A DNA stretch of 64,000 nucleotides from NCBI GenBank assembly GCA_028534125.1, contig CM052816.1, positions 101,122,001-101,186,000 of the forward strand, written 5' to 3'. The position numbers and the translations under genes are program-made. Every line of letters starts with the position of its first letter. Position 1 is the stretch's first letter. The notes under the pieces are model-generated. The model was not told the DNA's origin and searched no databases. It worked only from the letters and a program-made list of their open reading frames with translations. Shown piece after piece: positions 1 through 13,407 of this stretch. The stretch is from Lama glama. Taxonomy: Eukaryota.

Positions 1-1659
1 GTGGCACTGCTCACTGGGGTTGTGCTGGTCGTGGGCACAGCTCACGTTCTCCATCCAACCAGCGGGGTCCCCCCTCCCACCCCACTCGCCGGCCCCAGCC
101 CAGCCGCCGACCCACTGAGCCAGGAGGGGGGCCTCTCCTCCCCGGCGCTGGCCCTGAGCCCTCAGCTGGTGCCAGGAAGGAAGGAGGGGGCAGCCCCTGA
201 GCTCACAGGCTTAGAGGCACCCCGAGCTTAGCCACAGTGGTCACCTGAGACCAGGGGGACAGGAAGAAGCAGCCCTGGCTTTGAGGCCCACGGAGGCCGG
301 AAGGGGACATTTGGGGTAACCACTGCCACGGAGCCATGGCAAGGGGGCATGGGGGCGAGTTTAGGGCCCTCGTCTGCAGTCAGACGGCCAGACCCGGGAA
401 TCCCCCTCTGCCACCACCCTCGGCCCTGAGGCTCCTTCTCAGCCTCCCCCCGGTCGGCTGGGACAGCGCTTCACCTGCTCCGCGAGGCTGGAGAATCAGT
501 GAGCGGGTACGGGAAGGGCTTAGCAAGCATCCATCTCACTGGGGGGTGAGAAAGTGTTTAAAATAACACCACAATATGTTAGGAAATGACTATTGTAAGA
601 CATTCTAGGCTGGAGTCCCTCTCTCTGCTCTGTGGTCAGAGCAGCCGGGCGGGGGGCTCCGAGCACCTTGGTAACAGTCACATCCAGTGCAGGGAGCCCG
701 TGCAGACCCGGCTGCTCCGGGTATAGACGGGTGACTGCCCGACAGTTCCCGTATACGTTCACAGCTACTTTCCTCGGAGAAGTGAAACATGGGTCCTGCA
801 GTTCAGACTAACGAGCTATTTCCAGATCTCAGCCATGAGAGCAGAAGTTCACCAAATTTCAGATGTTAATTTGGAGGCATTTCAGGCGCCGTCTCAGTCC
901 AAGTCTAGAGCCCATCCTGTCAACAGAGTGCGATGCGGTAGCGCAGTGCAGGGCAAGTGTCACGGTGTGACGCATGTGATACAGCGTGGCACAGTGTCAT
1001 TACCCTGGCTCCGCGTTCCACAGTGTGACAAGATGCAGGCGGTGTGGCACCGTGCACAAGATGGGGCCCCCTGCAGCCCCTCCGCTGACACCTGCTGCTG
1101 GGACGCCGTCCTCCCATGTTCAGTCTGGGAGCAGCCCCAGCCAACCACCTGTGTGTCCTTGGACATAGAAGTCCCCTGCGTCCCCACTCGCACCCTGGCC
1201 TTTGTCAACACCTGCAGTCTCGTGGCCTCTGTTTGGCCTGGACACCTGAGCATTTCCACCTGCAAAGGCAAGAGCCCGGGGACCTGGAGCAGCACCTCAG
1301 GCTGCAGTTCCCGGTCACTGGAGGTGCCATGCTTGTGCGTGAAGGTGGCCCGCATCCTCCCTCCTGGGGTTCCTCCCGGGGCTGTGAGTTCTTTGGAGAG
1401 GCTGGGAGGATCTGCTGAAATTTCAGCCCCGGGGAAGGCAGGGGAGCCTGCGCAAGGGAAGGGGCCCTCTCTCCCCCACTGGGAGGCAGCGACGCCCCCC
1501 GGGGGCAGAGGCAGCTTCACCTCTCACCCTCCCGTTTGCCTGTCACTTCCTTCCCCGCTTCCGGCTCGGGCTGGAGCCTTCGGTGCAGGGCTGAGCGGCA
1601 GCGTGCGGGGCTCTCTGCCGCCTTCCCCGACCTGGAGGGGAAAGCGCTCCGTCTGTCAC

Positions 1660-2230
1660 TGAGCTCGCTGTAGGCTTGTCACTGACGGTTTCCATAGGGT
1701 TGAACCCTCCCTCTGTGCCCAGTTCGCTGAAACTGCCCGTCGGGGGTGTGCTGGATTCCCTCCGACTGTCCTTTAGTTTGCGTGATGTGCTGTCCTCCTG
1801 AAATACTGCTGGACTCAATTTTCTAAAATTTGCCAACAGTTTTCCTCCTGCGTGGGTGAGAAATGCTGCACTTAGTGTTTTTGTCTGTTCGTCTTTTACA
1901 CATAATGTCTTGGTTCGAATATCAAGGTGATGCTGGCTTCATGAACGAGCTGGGAAGTGTTCCCTCCTGTTCAGTCTCTGTGAGTTTGTATACGATCGGT
2001 ATTTCTAATAAACCTGCATTCCTTCCTCAAGTGTTTGGTTGAACTCGCCAGGGAACCCACCTGGGACGGAAGTTCCTCTTGGGAAGGTGTTTGGCTGTGG
2101 ACTCGATCCCTTTTCCATCTACGAGACTCTCTGGGCTGTGCGTCTTTTCCTGAGCGAACGTCACGGTCTGTCTTCCAGGGGCTTGTCTGTCGCATCCAGG
2201 CTGCCGCCTCTGCTGCCGCACACACGTCTC
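1660..2230 (-). mobile_element. Old LINE-1 ORF2 fragment
   Basis: Antisense L1 ORF2-like motifs: tatcaaggtgatgctggcttcatgaacgagctgggaagtgttccctcc and tgtttggttgaactcgccagggaacccacctggg. Confidence 0.75.
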
Positions 2231-4734
2231 CTTTCAGCGCCCACAGGCCCTGCAGACTCACGTGCGTCCCCGCGCCCGGGACCCAGGCAACAGGCTGCCT
2301 CTTTCAGCACCAGCCCGCCAGAGCCGGCTTTTCCTTTAACAGAAAAAGGAAGCGGCCAGGTGTTCAGAGCCCAAAGTTCCTGGGGTGTAGGTGTGCTCCT
2401 CCTGCCAGCACCGCGCTTCTCCCGCCGGGGCCCCGTCGTTGCACACACCTGGTCCCCCCGCCACCACGCAGGACTCCAGGCAGCCAGCTACCTCTGTCCC
2501 CCTCTGTCCTCAAACCGAGGCACCTTCCAGCTGAGTGGCCGACTCTTCCTGAAGACGAGGGGCGACTTCATGGCGGGAGCCGCAACCCAGGACCGGGGGG
2601 GTCAGCAGTCAGCCTCCCCCCACGGGAGCAAGCCGTGCGCTGGCGGCCGCCGCCCTGGCCCAGGTCTTGGCTGCCCGTTAGAGAAGCACTGTCCTGCCCT
2701 GCGAGAGCCCGGCCCCCGCCCGCCTCTGGCCGGGGTGGAGGGCCCAGAAGAACCGCTGAAGCCGGTCCGTCTGAGTCTCCACCTCCCCGGTAATGCTGCA
2801 CCCCCCACCCCATCTTCCGTAACCAGAGGCCCTTCAGTCCGTTTTCCAAATGGAAGCAGCCCTGCCTGGGCCTCCCCGTGGACACGCCACCGGGCTCCGC
2901 GAGCAGCCTTCCTGGGCGGGCCCTGCGGGTCAGGCGCGTCCACGGCAGCACCACGTCCCTCCCTCCCAGTTCCCGGGGCGGCCGTCAGAATTGGAGATGA
3001 GCAGCTTGATTGACTGAGCAATTTCTACTGTGAGACCCCCAACCACCCAGGCCTTCACAACTATATTCAGTAGAATTCCAGCCGTTCCACATGCCCCCCC
3101 AGTAACACGGCTGCCATCGAAGGCAGACACGGCCGCGCGCAGTCGTTTTCCATGCACCGCTTCCATCCTCAGGGCCATCCTGAAAACTGTGTTCCTCCCA
3201 CCACAAGTGTGGAAACAGAATCTCGCAGGAACTGCGTGAGCCGATTACAGGCACACAGGTGGTCGGTGAGGACTCAGGACCCGAACCCAGGCCCATCGTG
3301 TTCAGAAGACCCACCACCAGTGCATCTCCGTGTGTCCGGAGGGGCCTAGAAGTTCATACGGCAGACTCGCTGTCTGCGCCATGAAAGGTCAGAGTGGCTT
3401 GAGGCCTCTGTCAGAGCAGAAGGACTTGGCGGCGCGCAGGGCCTGTCGCCGGCGCAGTTCTCAGCCCCTCCCAAGGGGGAGGCTCCCGTTCCTGCCGCCT
3501 CTGGCTGGGACACCTCAGGGTCCTGTAGAAAACTCACTGGTGGGGCCAAGGAAGCCAGCAGAAAGTTTGACCGATTTGTGGAGTGATGTCGCCATACTGA
3601 AATGAACTGCTGGCATCTTTGGGGCAGATTCCAAAGAACCCGTGACTGGGGGCGCCTGCTATTCAATTCAGATCTTTCTTCCTTACACATAATGAATAAA
3701 ATCAGACCTTACAATGGAAGTGGGCCTGCCAGCCGAGAGGAGAGCCAGATGCTCCGGAAACCAGGCTGTGATTTACGGTTCACAGACAGCTGGGCGACCT
3801 TAACTCCCTGCTCCAGCGCTCAGCGTGGCCAGCGTCAGCATCTGCCTCAAACTTCATAAAATAAAGGTGCGAGAGAGGAGTCGGTTTGTGACCACACTTG
3901 TCAAGCACCCGGGTCATGCATCACGTGCTCATGCAGCCCTGTTGCCGAGTGAGGGGCATCTTCCCACAAGGGGCCTGTGCCACCGCTAGTCTCCCTGGAA
4001 GCAAGTGCCACGCACGGCCCCCGGCCCCAGACCTCACCCAGAGCACATGGCAGGCAGGGGTTGGCCCCCACCATGTTTATAAGGCAAAAGGCAACTGGTC
4101 CGCCGTGTACGGGACCCTGGGTGGCAGATGCAGTCTGAGGCCCCCCACGCTTTGCCCAAAGCATCTGACAGGCTGCAGTCAGCGGCCTTGTCCAAGCTCA
4201 CTGCGCCACTGGCCAGGGGACCAGGCCTCTCCGAGCAGAGGGTAGTTCATCTACAAAGGGGGCTGGTGGCCCCGGTCCTACAGTGACGTCGTCAGGAGGA
4301 AATGAAAGGAAAGCTGAAAGTGCCCGTGGTGGAGCTTTGCAGCGTCAGCTCTCGACAAGCAGGAAGTTCTTCTGTGACCCCATGTGGGCGCATGGCCGTG
4401 TCCAGGCCCCTCCGCCCCCAAGGCCCAGCCGGGGGCAGGTTCCAGCGCCCGGGGTCCGCATCCCTCTCCCAGGGTAGGTGCAGGAACTCTGCAGGGGTGG
4501 AGGCCAAAGGAGAGCAAAAACGGGCTGTTTTGGTCACAGTGGAGGCGGGGGGAGGGGGGCTCTGAACTACACAGGCAATTGGTGTGGACGGTGCTGCATG
4601 ACGTCTGGCTCTGCGTCTGTCACAGCTTAAAACTGAACCTGATACTCCCGGGAGGAGCCCCAAGACCTACTCAAGGATTCAGCATCTGCGGCTGTTATTT
4701 ATTTGGTGTTTCCCCTTCTGTCATTGACAAAAAT

Positions 4735-4935
4735 NNNNNNNNNNNNNNNNNNNNNNNNNNNNNNNNNNNNNNNNNNNNNNNNNNNNNNNNNNNNNNNNNN
4801 NNNNNNNNNNNNNNNNNNNNNNNNNNNNNNNNNNNNNNNNNNNNNNNNNNNNNNNNNNNNNNNNNNNNNNNNNNNNNNNNNNNNNNNNNNNNNNNNNNNN
4901 NNNNNNNNNNNNNNNNNNNNNNNNNNNNNNNNNNN
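4735..4935. other. Assembly gap (~200 N)
   Basis: Run of N. Confidence 0.99.
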
Positions 4936-6329
4936 CAGCTCCACTCCTCCCCCTCCTCCACCCAGAGCCCGAGGACAGTGTGGCTGAGACTTCGGGTGGG
5001 CACCTGCCAGCCTCGGGATCCCAGTTTGTCCCTCTGGCCACAGGTCCCCCAACTGGGCAAATACCCACTCCTGCTCTGCCCATGTCCCCACCACTAATGA
5101 CCCTCGAACGTGGGGGTCTGTATGAGCGGGTGAGGTACATGGCAGCGTAATTCGCTAAATCCCCCTCCTCCCTGGAGGCCTGGGCCCAGTGTGGCCTTCC
5201 CCCAATGGCCCAACCACGTGTTCTCACGTGGACCATGTCATCAAAGGCAAGGACCCGTCTCCAGGGTGCATGTCACCCTGCTGGGGCAGCAAAAGCCTGG
5301 GAGCCCCTCCGGGATCTGCTGTGCCAGCAAGAGGAAGACAGCCCATCCAGGCCGGGTCAGCGTGGGGACTCCTCGGCTCGCCACTCCTGCCTCCCGGCCA
5401 CAGACATGCCTGCTGCGTTGGCGTACGTGCTAAGTTGTTGCTGTGAACTGAACGGCGTCCCCCAGGGTCCCATGCCGCCCTGACCCCCGTGACCAGGGAG
5501 ACGAGAGGTCGTCAAGGTGAGGTGAGGGCACAGCATGGGCGCTGACCCGACAGAACTCGTGCCCTGGTGAGAAGAGACACCAGACTCCTTGCCGGGCGAG
5601 GGGACAGTGGGAAGGCAGCCGTCTGAGGAGGCCTCACCCGGAACCCAGCCCATGGTGCCCGGATCACAGACGTCCAGCATCCAGACTGCAGGAAGCACAT
5701 GTCTGTATTTCAGCCTCCAGGTCTGTGGTGCTGGTTTTGGCAGCTGAGCTAAGACAGCACGCAGCCGAGGGCGCTCCCAAGCCTGCCCCCAGCTCTGCCC
5801 TCGTCTCAGCTGGAGTCTTGAACCCTGGCCCCTGGCTCCTCGCCAAGAAGGCCAGCAAGAAACCCGGACGGGACGAGGCACGGACAGGGGCCCAGCTCGG
5901 GGCCATCCACGTGGGAGGAGGCCAGGTGGCGGTGTCCCCTCCACCAGAGCCACAGGACGCATGGAAGGCGGTGGCCATGTGCAGCTCCACGCAGAGCAGC
6001 GTGGAGGCCTCACCAGCCCTATGCCTCCGCGGCCGCCCCGCGTGTCGCCAAGTCCGCCGTGGTGAGTGCGGCGCCTTCATTGTGGACCCCTTTCTCCCTC
6101 AGACAGAAGGTCTCCGAAGCAGAAAGGGCCTCTGGCCTCGTCCTGGGATGTCCACCCCGCAGCCCCTGCTTGGAAACCCTCCAGCCCTTCAGCGAAAAGA
6201 CATTTTACAGGCAGAAATCACTCAGGGGCCAGGAAAACACAAGAGGGCCTGGATTCCTGGAGGGGGTGGGCAAAGAAAGAGAAAAGCAGACACTCCCCTG
6301 GCTTTGGGAGCTGAAAGTTCAAAACAGTT

Positions 6330-7170
6330 TTGCTTCGTCGCTAAGATTTAAGTACGTCCAGAAGAGCTCCTCCTCAGTGCCACCGATCCGAGGACGGGCA
6401 GGCTCGCTGTTGAAATTCACTGCCCCGGAGGGACGGAGGGACGGAGAGAGTCAGGGAGCCTCCTCTACATGAGTAATGGGGGGAGCAGGTGGCTGCTTTG
6501 TGTTGGTAAATTGCATTTCTCTTTTTCAGAAATTCCGCTGTCGCCACGTGGCCTGATGAGACCCGGGCACACGCGCCCCCCGCCACCGCCGCCCGGGGCC
6601 TCTGCCCTCCCGCCGCCTGCCCTGCGCCTGCCCGGGCGCCAGGAGCCCCGTCCACTTCCCTCTGAATTACCGTTGTAACGCGCTCGTTCCATTTACACAA
6701 AGCCTCGGCTTTGACACATGCAATTACTAAGAACACAGGGGCGGCATGATTGCTAAGGGCCCCAGAAAGAGAGTTTAATCAGAAGACGGGGGTCTCCCCC
6801 CGACTTACAATTTCACTGCTTGCTATCCCTTATGTTCGTCTGTGTTCAGATAATTAGATACACTAGTTCTTGCTTCCCGAGAGGCCAGAAAGGGCAAAAT
6901 TCCTATTCTTTTTACATTAAAAAGATTAAATTATAATACAGCAAATCTGTAACTTCGGGCAGAAATGACAAAGTCACACTACATTAATTCCAGTGCTTAC
7001 AAACCGCTACAAACAATCGGTGTGTCCTCCCCCTCCTGTAGGTGCCTGTGAATTAATTACCTCTCCAGTTTCAATGTCTTTCAAGCCAGCTTTCCACAGA
7101 CCACTCCGAAATCAAAAGAAACGGAGGTTTGATTTCCACTTGCCAAGTCTATTTGTTGGCACCGTTTAAC
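6330..7170. promoter_or_regulatory. Candidate conserved non-coding enhancer
   Basis: Non-repetitive AT-rich island in a GC-rich background with many TAAT/ATTA cores (gaattaattac, acattaattc, gcaattacta, gattaaatta) and ACAAAG/AACAAT sites. Confidence 0.5.
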
Positions 7171-10100
7171 CGTTTAAGCCCGTGTACACGTCCCGGGGAG
7201 CAGGGATGTTAACGGAGCACCCGCTCGCCCAGGCACCGTGCGAAGCCGCGCAGTGCACGGGACTGGTAGTTATGACCCGGAAGGGACAGACTTCCACCCG
7301 ACACTTCGCGGAAACCCCAGAGGAGAGCCGGCTGAGCACCCCGGTCAGCGGCTCTGAAAGGAGGAATCTTTCCAGGGCTCGAGCCTCACACGGGGCCTGT
7401 GGGGTGTCTGGGGACGGTTTCCAGCTCCACTTATTTGTCCAAAGGATGAGGAGTTGAGGCTCAGCCGAGTCGGGCCCCACGCCGAACACTGGGAGGCAGC
7501 TCTCAGCAAACAGGTGTGGTGGGGGCCCAGTGCCCCGCACGGGGCAGGGGTGCTCAGCGTGGTGACCCCCCACCTGGGTAAAGGTGGCCTTTCCCTGGGT
7601 CTGTATGTGGGGTCTCTATGGACAGGGCCAGACACTCCCCAGCCACATTCCTGAGCCCAAGGAATGTCATCTCCCGGGGCCACACGGCCAGAAGTTCACC
7701 CAATACAGGGCTGTGGTAGTGACCTGGGGCGGGGACACCAGAGAACATGTGGACACGCTGGGGGTAGGGGTGGGACCCCAGAGGCCGCTGCTCAGCCCTG
7801 GGGGTGGGGGGTGGGGGGGCTGGACACGGGAGGGTGGACGGGGTTGGGGGCTGCAGCCAGAGCACATCCTGAGCTGACCGCGCATGTGAGGCTGGAATGA
7901 GGATGGGGAGCTGAGCCCCCTTCGCCTCCCTCTGTCTCAGCCTCTGTCTCTCTCCCTCCCCCATCCCCGCCCGCTCCCTCCTCCATGATCCTGAGGCCCT
8001 GGGTAAGGAGCGAGCGGGGGTCCAGTCCTGCTCAGGAAGAGTGTCCTGTGGTCCTGTTACTATTGCTGGAGGGAGAGTGCCCCCCAGAGCCAGGGTGGCT
8101 GTGGGCAGGGCGGCCAGGGGCTGCAGAGGGAAGTGGGCCCTGGAGGGAGTGCGGGCAGTGCTGGGGGCGGGAAGGCGGGGCGGATACGAGCCCTTTCTGC
8201 CCCCAGCCCTGCGGGCAGGCAGCTAAACCCAGGTGTCAGGCCTCCGCTCCTCGGTGGGTTCTTCCGTGGGGAGAGAGCAGCAGGGGAGGGGACTCGAGTG
8301 ACACTTTGTGCGGCCCCTCCCACGTCCCCCCCCGCAGGGCACCTGCTGTGGTTCCCCAGGGGCTGGGAGCACCGTCCTGCACCTCAGCTCCCGCGGCCTC
8401 GCTGGTCCCAGGCGGCCTCTGGCCATTCCTCCTGCGTGGGCTCAGCCGTCTCGTGGGACCCGGCGCTGGGGAGGCCAGAGAAACCCGGCAGAACTCTCTT
8501 CTGTCATAAACGAACTTACTTGCTTAAAAACAATGTCCAGCTGGTGACCTGTCTATCGCTGTGTCAGTGGATCGGTGTGTCCCTCCATCCTTCCATGGGC
8601 CCGTCTGGGCACCTGCGTGGGGTCAGGCAGCACTGGCCCCTCCCTGACCTCCCTGACGTCCCAGACGCAAAGCCGCTGTGACTCCAGCTCCAGCTTCCTG
8701 GCGACCCGGGAATGCCGCGGCCTCCGTGCACAGCACCAGGGGGCACTGTGGTCACGGCCAGTCCTGCTGGAACCTGGGCCACACGGTCCTGGCTTAGGAG
8801 GCAGCCTCGGACGGCACGTGGATGGCCAGTACCAATGCTGCCCACTCTCTTGAGGGTCCCCTGGATTCAGCAAGGGCCTCAGCTCAATACAGAGCCTGCT
8901 GCAGTCACCCCATTCACAGGCCCCCCACCTCCCTCCCCGCCTCGGAAATGGCCTCCTGGAGTCCTGTCCACGGAAGTGGGGGCGGGAGCCGCGGAAAACC
9001 TGCGTCAACTTCTCCGAGCTCCTCCCTCCTACACAGTTGCACACACCTGTGAAAACACGCACACGTGTGCGCAGGCAGCTGCACAGGGCCCGAGACCCAC
9101 GCACGTGCTTGCCCGCGGACACGGCAGCCGGAGGTGCTCACGGACAGCCACACGTGACCCCAGGTGCAGCGTGTGCTTGCACACCGGCACACCAGGGCTG
9201 CACACGCTCCCTCACACCCTCACACGTACCCCAGGAGGACAGGGCTCTGGTGGGGGACCGAGGCTGTCAGGAGAGCCCCCGTCCTGTCCCCGGTCCCCAT
9301 GGTGCTGACCTGCTTTGGGGAAGCCTTTCCCTGGAGCCCGAGGGAGGAAGACAACTGCAGGGACCAGCGTTTCCCAGGGAGGCCAGCACGGATGCCGTCA
9401 CCAGGGAGGTTCTGGCTGCACTGGCGCTGGGGCGGGTACAAGCCAGGTATCAGGCAGGCGCAGTGTCTCACGCCAGCACCGTCGCTGTCCTAGCCGTGGA
9501 AGTGGCAGGAGCCTGCCTTTGTGGCCGGACGGCCAGCACGTGCGTGGAAAGCTCTGGAAGCCCAGCCCACGTTTACCCTCCCTGGTGACCCCGATCCTGC
9601 CCCACACCTTCTGACTCGTTACACTGAAGGTGGTCCCCACACACCCAGCAGGTCCCTGGACCTCGGTGATACTCAGCTCCCTGGGCCCCTGCCGACCGAC
9701 AAGACTTCTGGGGATGGGCCTGGGGACCTGCATGGAGCCTGGGAGCCTGGGTGGGGGCTCAGAGATGGGCCTGGTATGGGCCCCCCCTCTATTCTGGTGC
9801 TCCCTTGCCTCCACCCCTCTGAAGGATGGGCTCTGACCTCTGCCCACAGTCCCCAGCTGTGGGGGCAGGAAAGGCCCCAGGCCCCTGATCAGCGCCCCCA
9901 GCATGCCATCCCCCACTCCTGCCCTGGCCTCCCCTGCAGATTGGGGGCTTTGGGGGGCACCCCTCTCCTCTCGCCGGAGGCTGGGTCCTTGCATCCTCCC
10001 TCAAGGGCCTTACAAGCCTGTCCGGAAGGCGGCCGGCCTGCCCATGGCGTGCAGACAGTGGCCACCGCAGGTCACAGCCGCTGTGAGGATGGGCCTGGGC

Positions 10101-11989
10101 GGACCGGAGTGAATCACCCAAAACGCACCGCCCGGCATGAGGACGGCTGAGGGCTGAGGGCTGAGGGCAGTGGGGGGAGCAGCAGACCCCTCCGCCTGGA
10201 GGCGGGCCACAGTTTCCCTCGGGACGGGGCGCCCGCTTCTGGGGCCTGCAGGGAGGCCGCCTCGGCACCAGAGGCTCAGCTGTCCCACACTTTGCCTCCC
10301 CTCCTCCCTTTCTTGTCAATTCTTGAAATTTAGCCTCCTCGGTCAAAGAGCGTAAAATTCCCAAGCCTAGTCTTTGCTTTGGGTTTTTATCTTCTTTCTG
10401 TGAAGCCTCCCCTGTCCCCAGGAACATGAAACCAACATCAAATAAATGCGCATTATTTTCTCCTGTGAGTCCGTCTGTGGTCACAGACCCGGCAGAGAGC
10501 CCACGACGGCAGAGGACAGCCTTCCCCACTGCGGCCTTGAGAAGGGGTCTCCCTGTCGGCCGGGGCCGCAGGGCTGGGCTGGGCTGTCCCGTGGCCTGAG
10601 AGGACACTGGGGACCTCGGAGGAGAGAGCAGGAGCGTCCTGGGGGTGGGGCTGACCCCGGGGGGGCAGACGCCCCCCCAGGACCCCGAGGCAGCCGAGAC
10701 AGACCCGCCCCGCAGCCCCGGCCATCCCGGGCCCCGGCCTGTGCGCGTCCCACTGCTCGGGCGGCTGGGTCTGAGGCTGAGTCATCGCGCTCCCACTCAT
10801 GTGGGAAAGAGGATGAGCACCAGGTGTAGGGGGCCCCCGGGAGGGGAGGCGGGGGGAGAAGTCCCTGAAATGAACACCTGTTAGAAAAAAACCGTTTTAT
10901 TGCATTTTTTAAAAATTCAACAAGCGCTGCAGACACACGGCAAGCGGTGAGACACGCAGACAGCATTAGAGGCAGCGCCCGGCCCCTCCGGCTGGGGCAC
11001 CACCCGAACTGCTGAGTCCCACCTCAGCCTCCCCGGATCTGTGCGAACTCGCAGGGCACGCATCAGCAGGACGCCTCACATCCCCGCCCTGCCGGCCACG
11101 CCCCGACTCGCTCTTGCGCGATGTCCACAGGGCTCGGGGCATGTTCCAGGTGCCGCTGGTTGGGGGTCGGGGGGACAAACCAGGTCCACATGTGATGCAG
11201 CAGATCATGAGTCACGACACCGGGAGGTGAAGCCGAGGCCTCTGGAGGCAATGTGTGCTCTGATTTGCGTAATTTTGTTCAGAATTGTTGCGCAGCAGCA
11301 TTATTTAGAACGTTTGCCTCTTTCGTGGGGTCATCATTGGGTTTCGTTAAACGGGGTGAGCATCTTCTGGGGACGGGGTCTCTGGGGGGCGAGCCTCTCC
11401 TCCAACAAGGAGGGGGAGTGGGGACACGCACGCATCTCGTATCAGTTCAGGGGAAAGCAGAGCGTTCTAAGTGCGGTCCAGAAAACAGGTTAACGCTGTT
11501 AGGAAAGGATCCCTGTTGGTGCTGAGGGTGACCTGGGGTGGCGTCAAGGATGTATATAAACACCTATTTCTCATCTGATCCCAGGGAGACTCCTAAGCCT
11601 TGATTTGCAGAAGGTCACCTGTAGGTGAAGGAGAACAGGTAGGGAGAAGTGGGGCCCAGGGCGGGTCCTCTTCAAGGAGGACACGAGCCCCCCTGCACCC
11701 CCCACCCCGCGTGGGACTTGAGAGCAGCAGTGCACCGGCTGCAGGAGCCACACTCCCCGTGGGACCCATCCCCCGGCAGTGCTCTTAATTTTTATTCTTT
11801 TCTGTCCACTTTAAATACACTCTAAGTTCCCAAAGACTGCATGTATTGATTTTATGATGGGACAAGAGAAAGATACAGCAGGGCTCCCCTTCAGATCTTA
11901 GAGGAGTGATTCCGGCCCCAAGAGGCACCCCCTGAGGAGAGCAGAGATCCTGAGCAGGAGCCCAGCCCCAAGGCCACTCTCTCCCTCAC

Positions 11990-12900
11990 CCTGTGTCTAA
12001 AGAAACCCCCGACCCTGTTTCAAGCCCTGGGCCGCCGGCGGCCCCCTCCTCCCCATCCCCACTGTGGGGCCGCCTGCCTCTGTGGGCCTGTGCCCACCTG
12101 ACCCGCCCAGCACCTCGGGGTCCTGGGGCCTGTGGGCCCCCTGACCATCACCCGCTCTCTGCCCCAGGTGCCTGTCAGACTCCGGCCCGGCCCCCTCCTC
12201 CCGCAGCGGCCAGTCCCCAGCAGACACCTGCCCCCTCCGGGGCCTTCCCGGACCCGCCCGTGCCCGCCCCCCACTCCAGGACTGTTCAGCCGCCAACAGT
12301 CACGTGGTGACTTACTCTCACTCCGGTCATCCCAGGACTCTGAGGGCCTCTGCCCCCCCGCGGTGCTTCCCTGGGCAGAGGCTCGGCCCGGAGAGCGGGG
12401 CCCCAGCGGATCGGGCCGCACGCGGCTGGAACGCGGGAGACCCAGCCCGGCGAGCACAGGCTCGGGGACCCAGGGAGGACACAGCACCCACGGGGAGAAC
12501 GCGGCTCCCGCCCGCCCCGCCGCCCGCGGAGCCCCCAGCTTGCCGCCCGCGCTGGGCTCCTCTCGCCACACGGTGGCGCTGTGGGCTCAGGCGCCCAGGA
12601 ACCCGGGGGCTCGGGGACGTTTCTTCCGCAGAGACGGCCTCACGTCGCGGTCAGCGCACGGCAAGCCCGCAGCAGAGGAGAACGAGCAGCGGAGGACGGA
12701 GGGCGAGTCACAACCGCTGGAACCGTTGTAGACAGCCCCGCACCTCCCTGTAAAACCACCCGTAAACCACGCCTGAGACGTGCCCTTACTGGCCAGAGAC
12801 GCTCCAGCGCAGCGTCAGGGAAAACAGCAGGTCGCCGAGCAGAATGAGCCGCGTGGCCGCTCTGAGAGGTTTTGCTTTGAAACGCTTCTTTAATAGTGAG
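11990..12900. promoter_or_regulatory. Intergenic CpG-island-like region
   Basis: High GC and CpG density; GC boxes cccgccccgccgcccgc near 12507; E-box gtCACGTGg at 12301-12306. Confidence 0.55.
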
Positions 12901-13407
12901 CTGGTACCTGGCCGTGCTCTCTGGGCGAGGGTAAGAGGGAGGCCGTGCTCACGCTGTCACAGGCATGCACACGCACACTCTCCAGGGAGTCGCCTTAACA
13001 AAATCACTAAGGCCCCCGGGGTCCAGGCAGGCGTCCTCAGAGGAGCATCTTGTCCTGTCTTTGCAAGGTGGAGTGTTCCTAAGCGGCCCCCGGGGGCTCC
13101 CCATCCCGGGGGTCTTACTGGAAGCAACGTGTCTCTCCCCCAGGCTGGGAGGAGTCACCTGGGCTGCCCCAGATCCCCACACTCCCCGTCACCGAGGAGC
13201 AAGCCAGTTTATGAACTCAGGTCAGCTTTGCCCCAGGAGCCTGGCTTCCACCAGCCCCCCTGAGCTGAGCCCACCCACAGCGCTGGGTCAGAACCCGAAT
13301 TCCTGCGTGTCCCCTGCTGGCTTTGGGCCACATGCTCTCTGGGAGGCGCCCCGGGCTGGAGCACTCCAGCAGGTCCAGCTGGCAGAGCCCTCCCCTGGGG
13401 GCTCAGG

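Noticed and set aside
920-1065. Degenerate GTG(C/T)A-like short-period repeat
   Set aside because: Too decayed to define a unit; ordinary low-complexity sequence.
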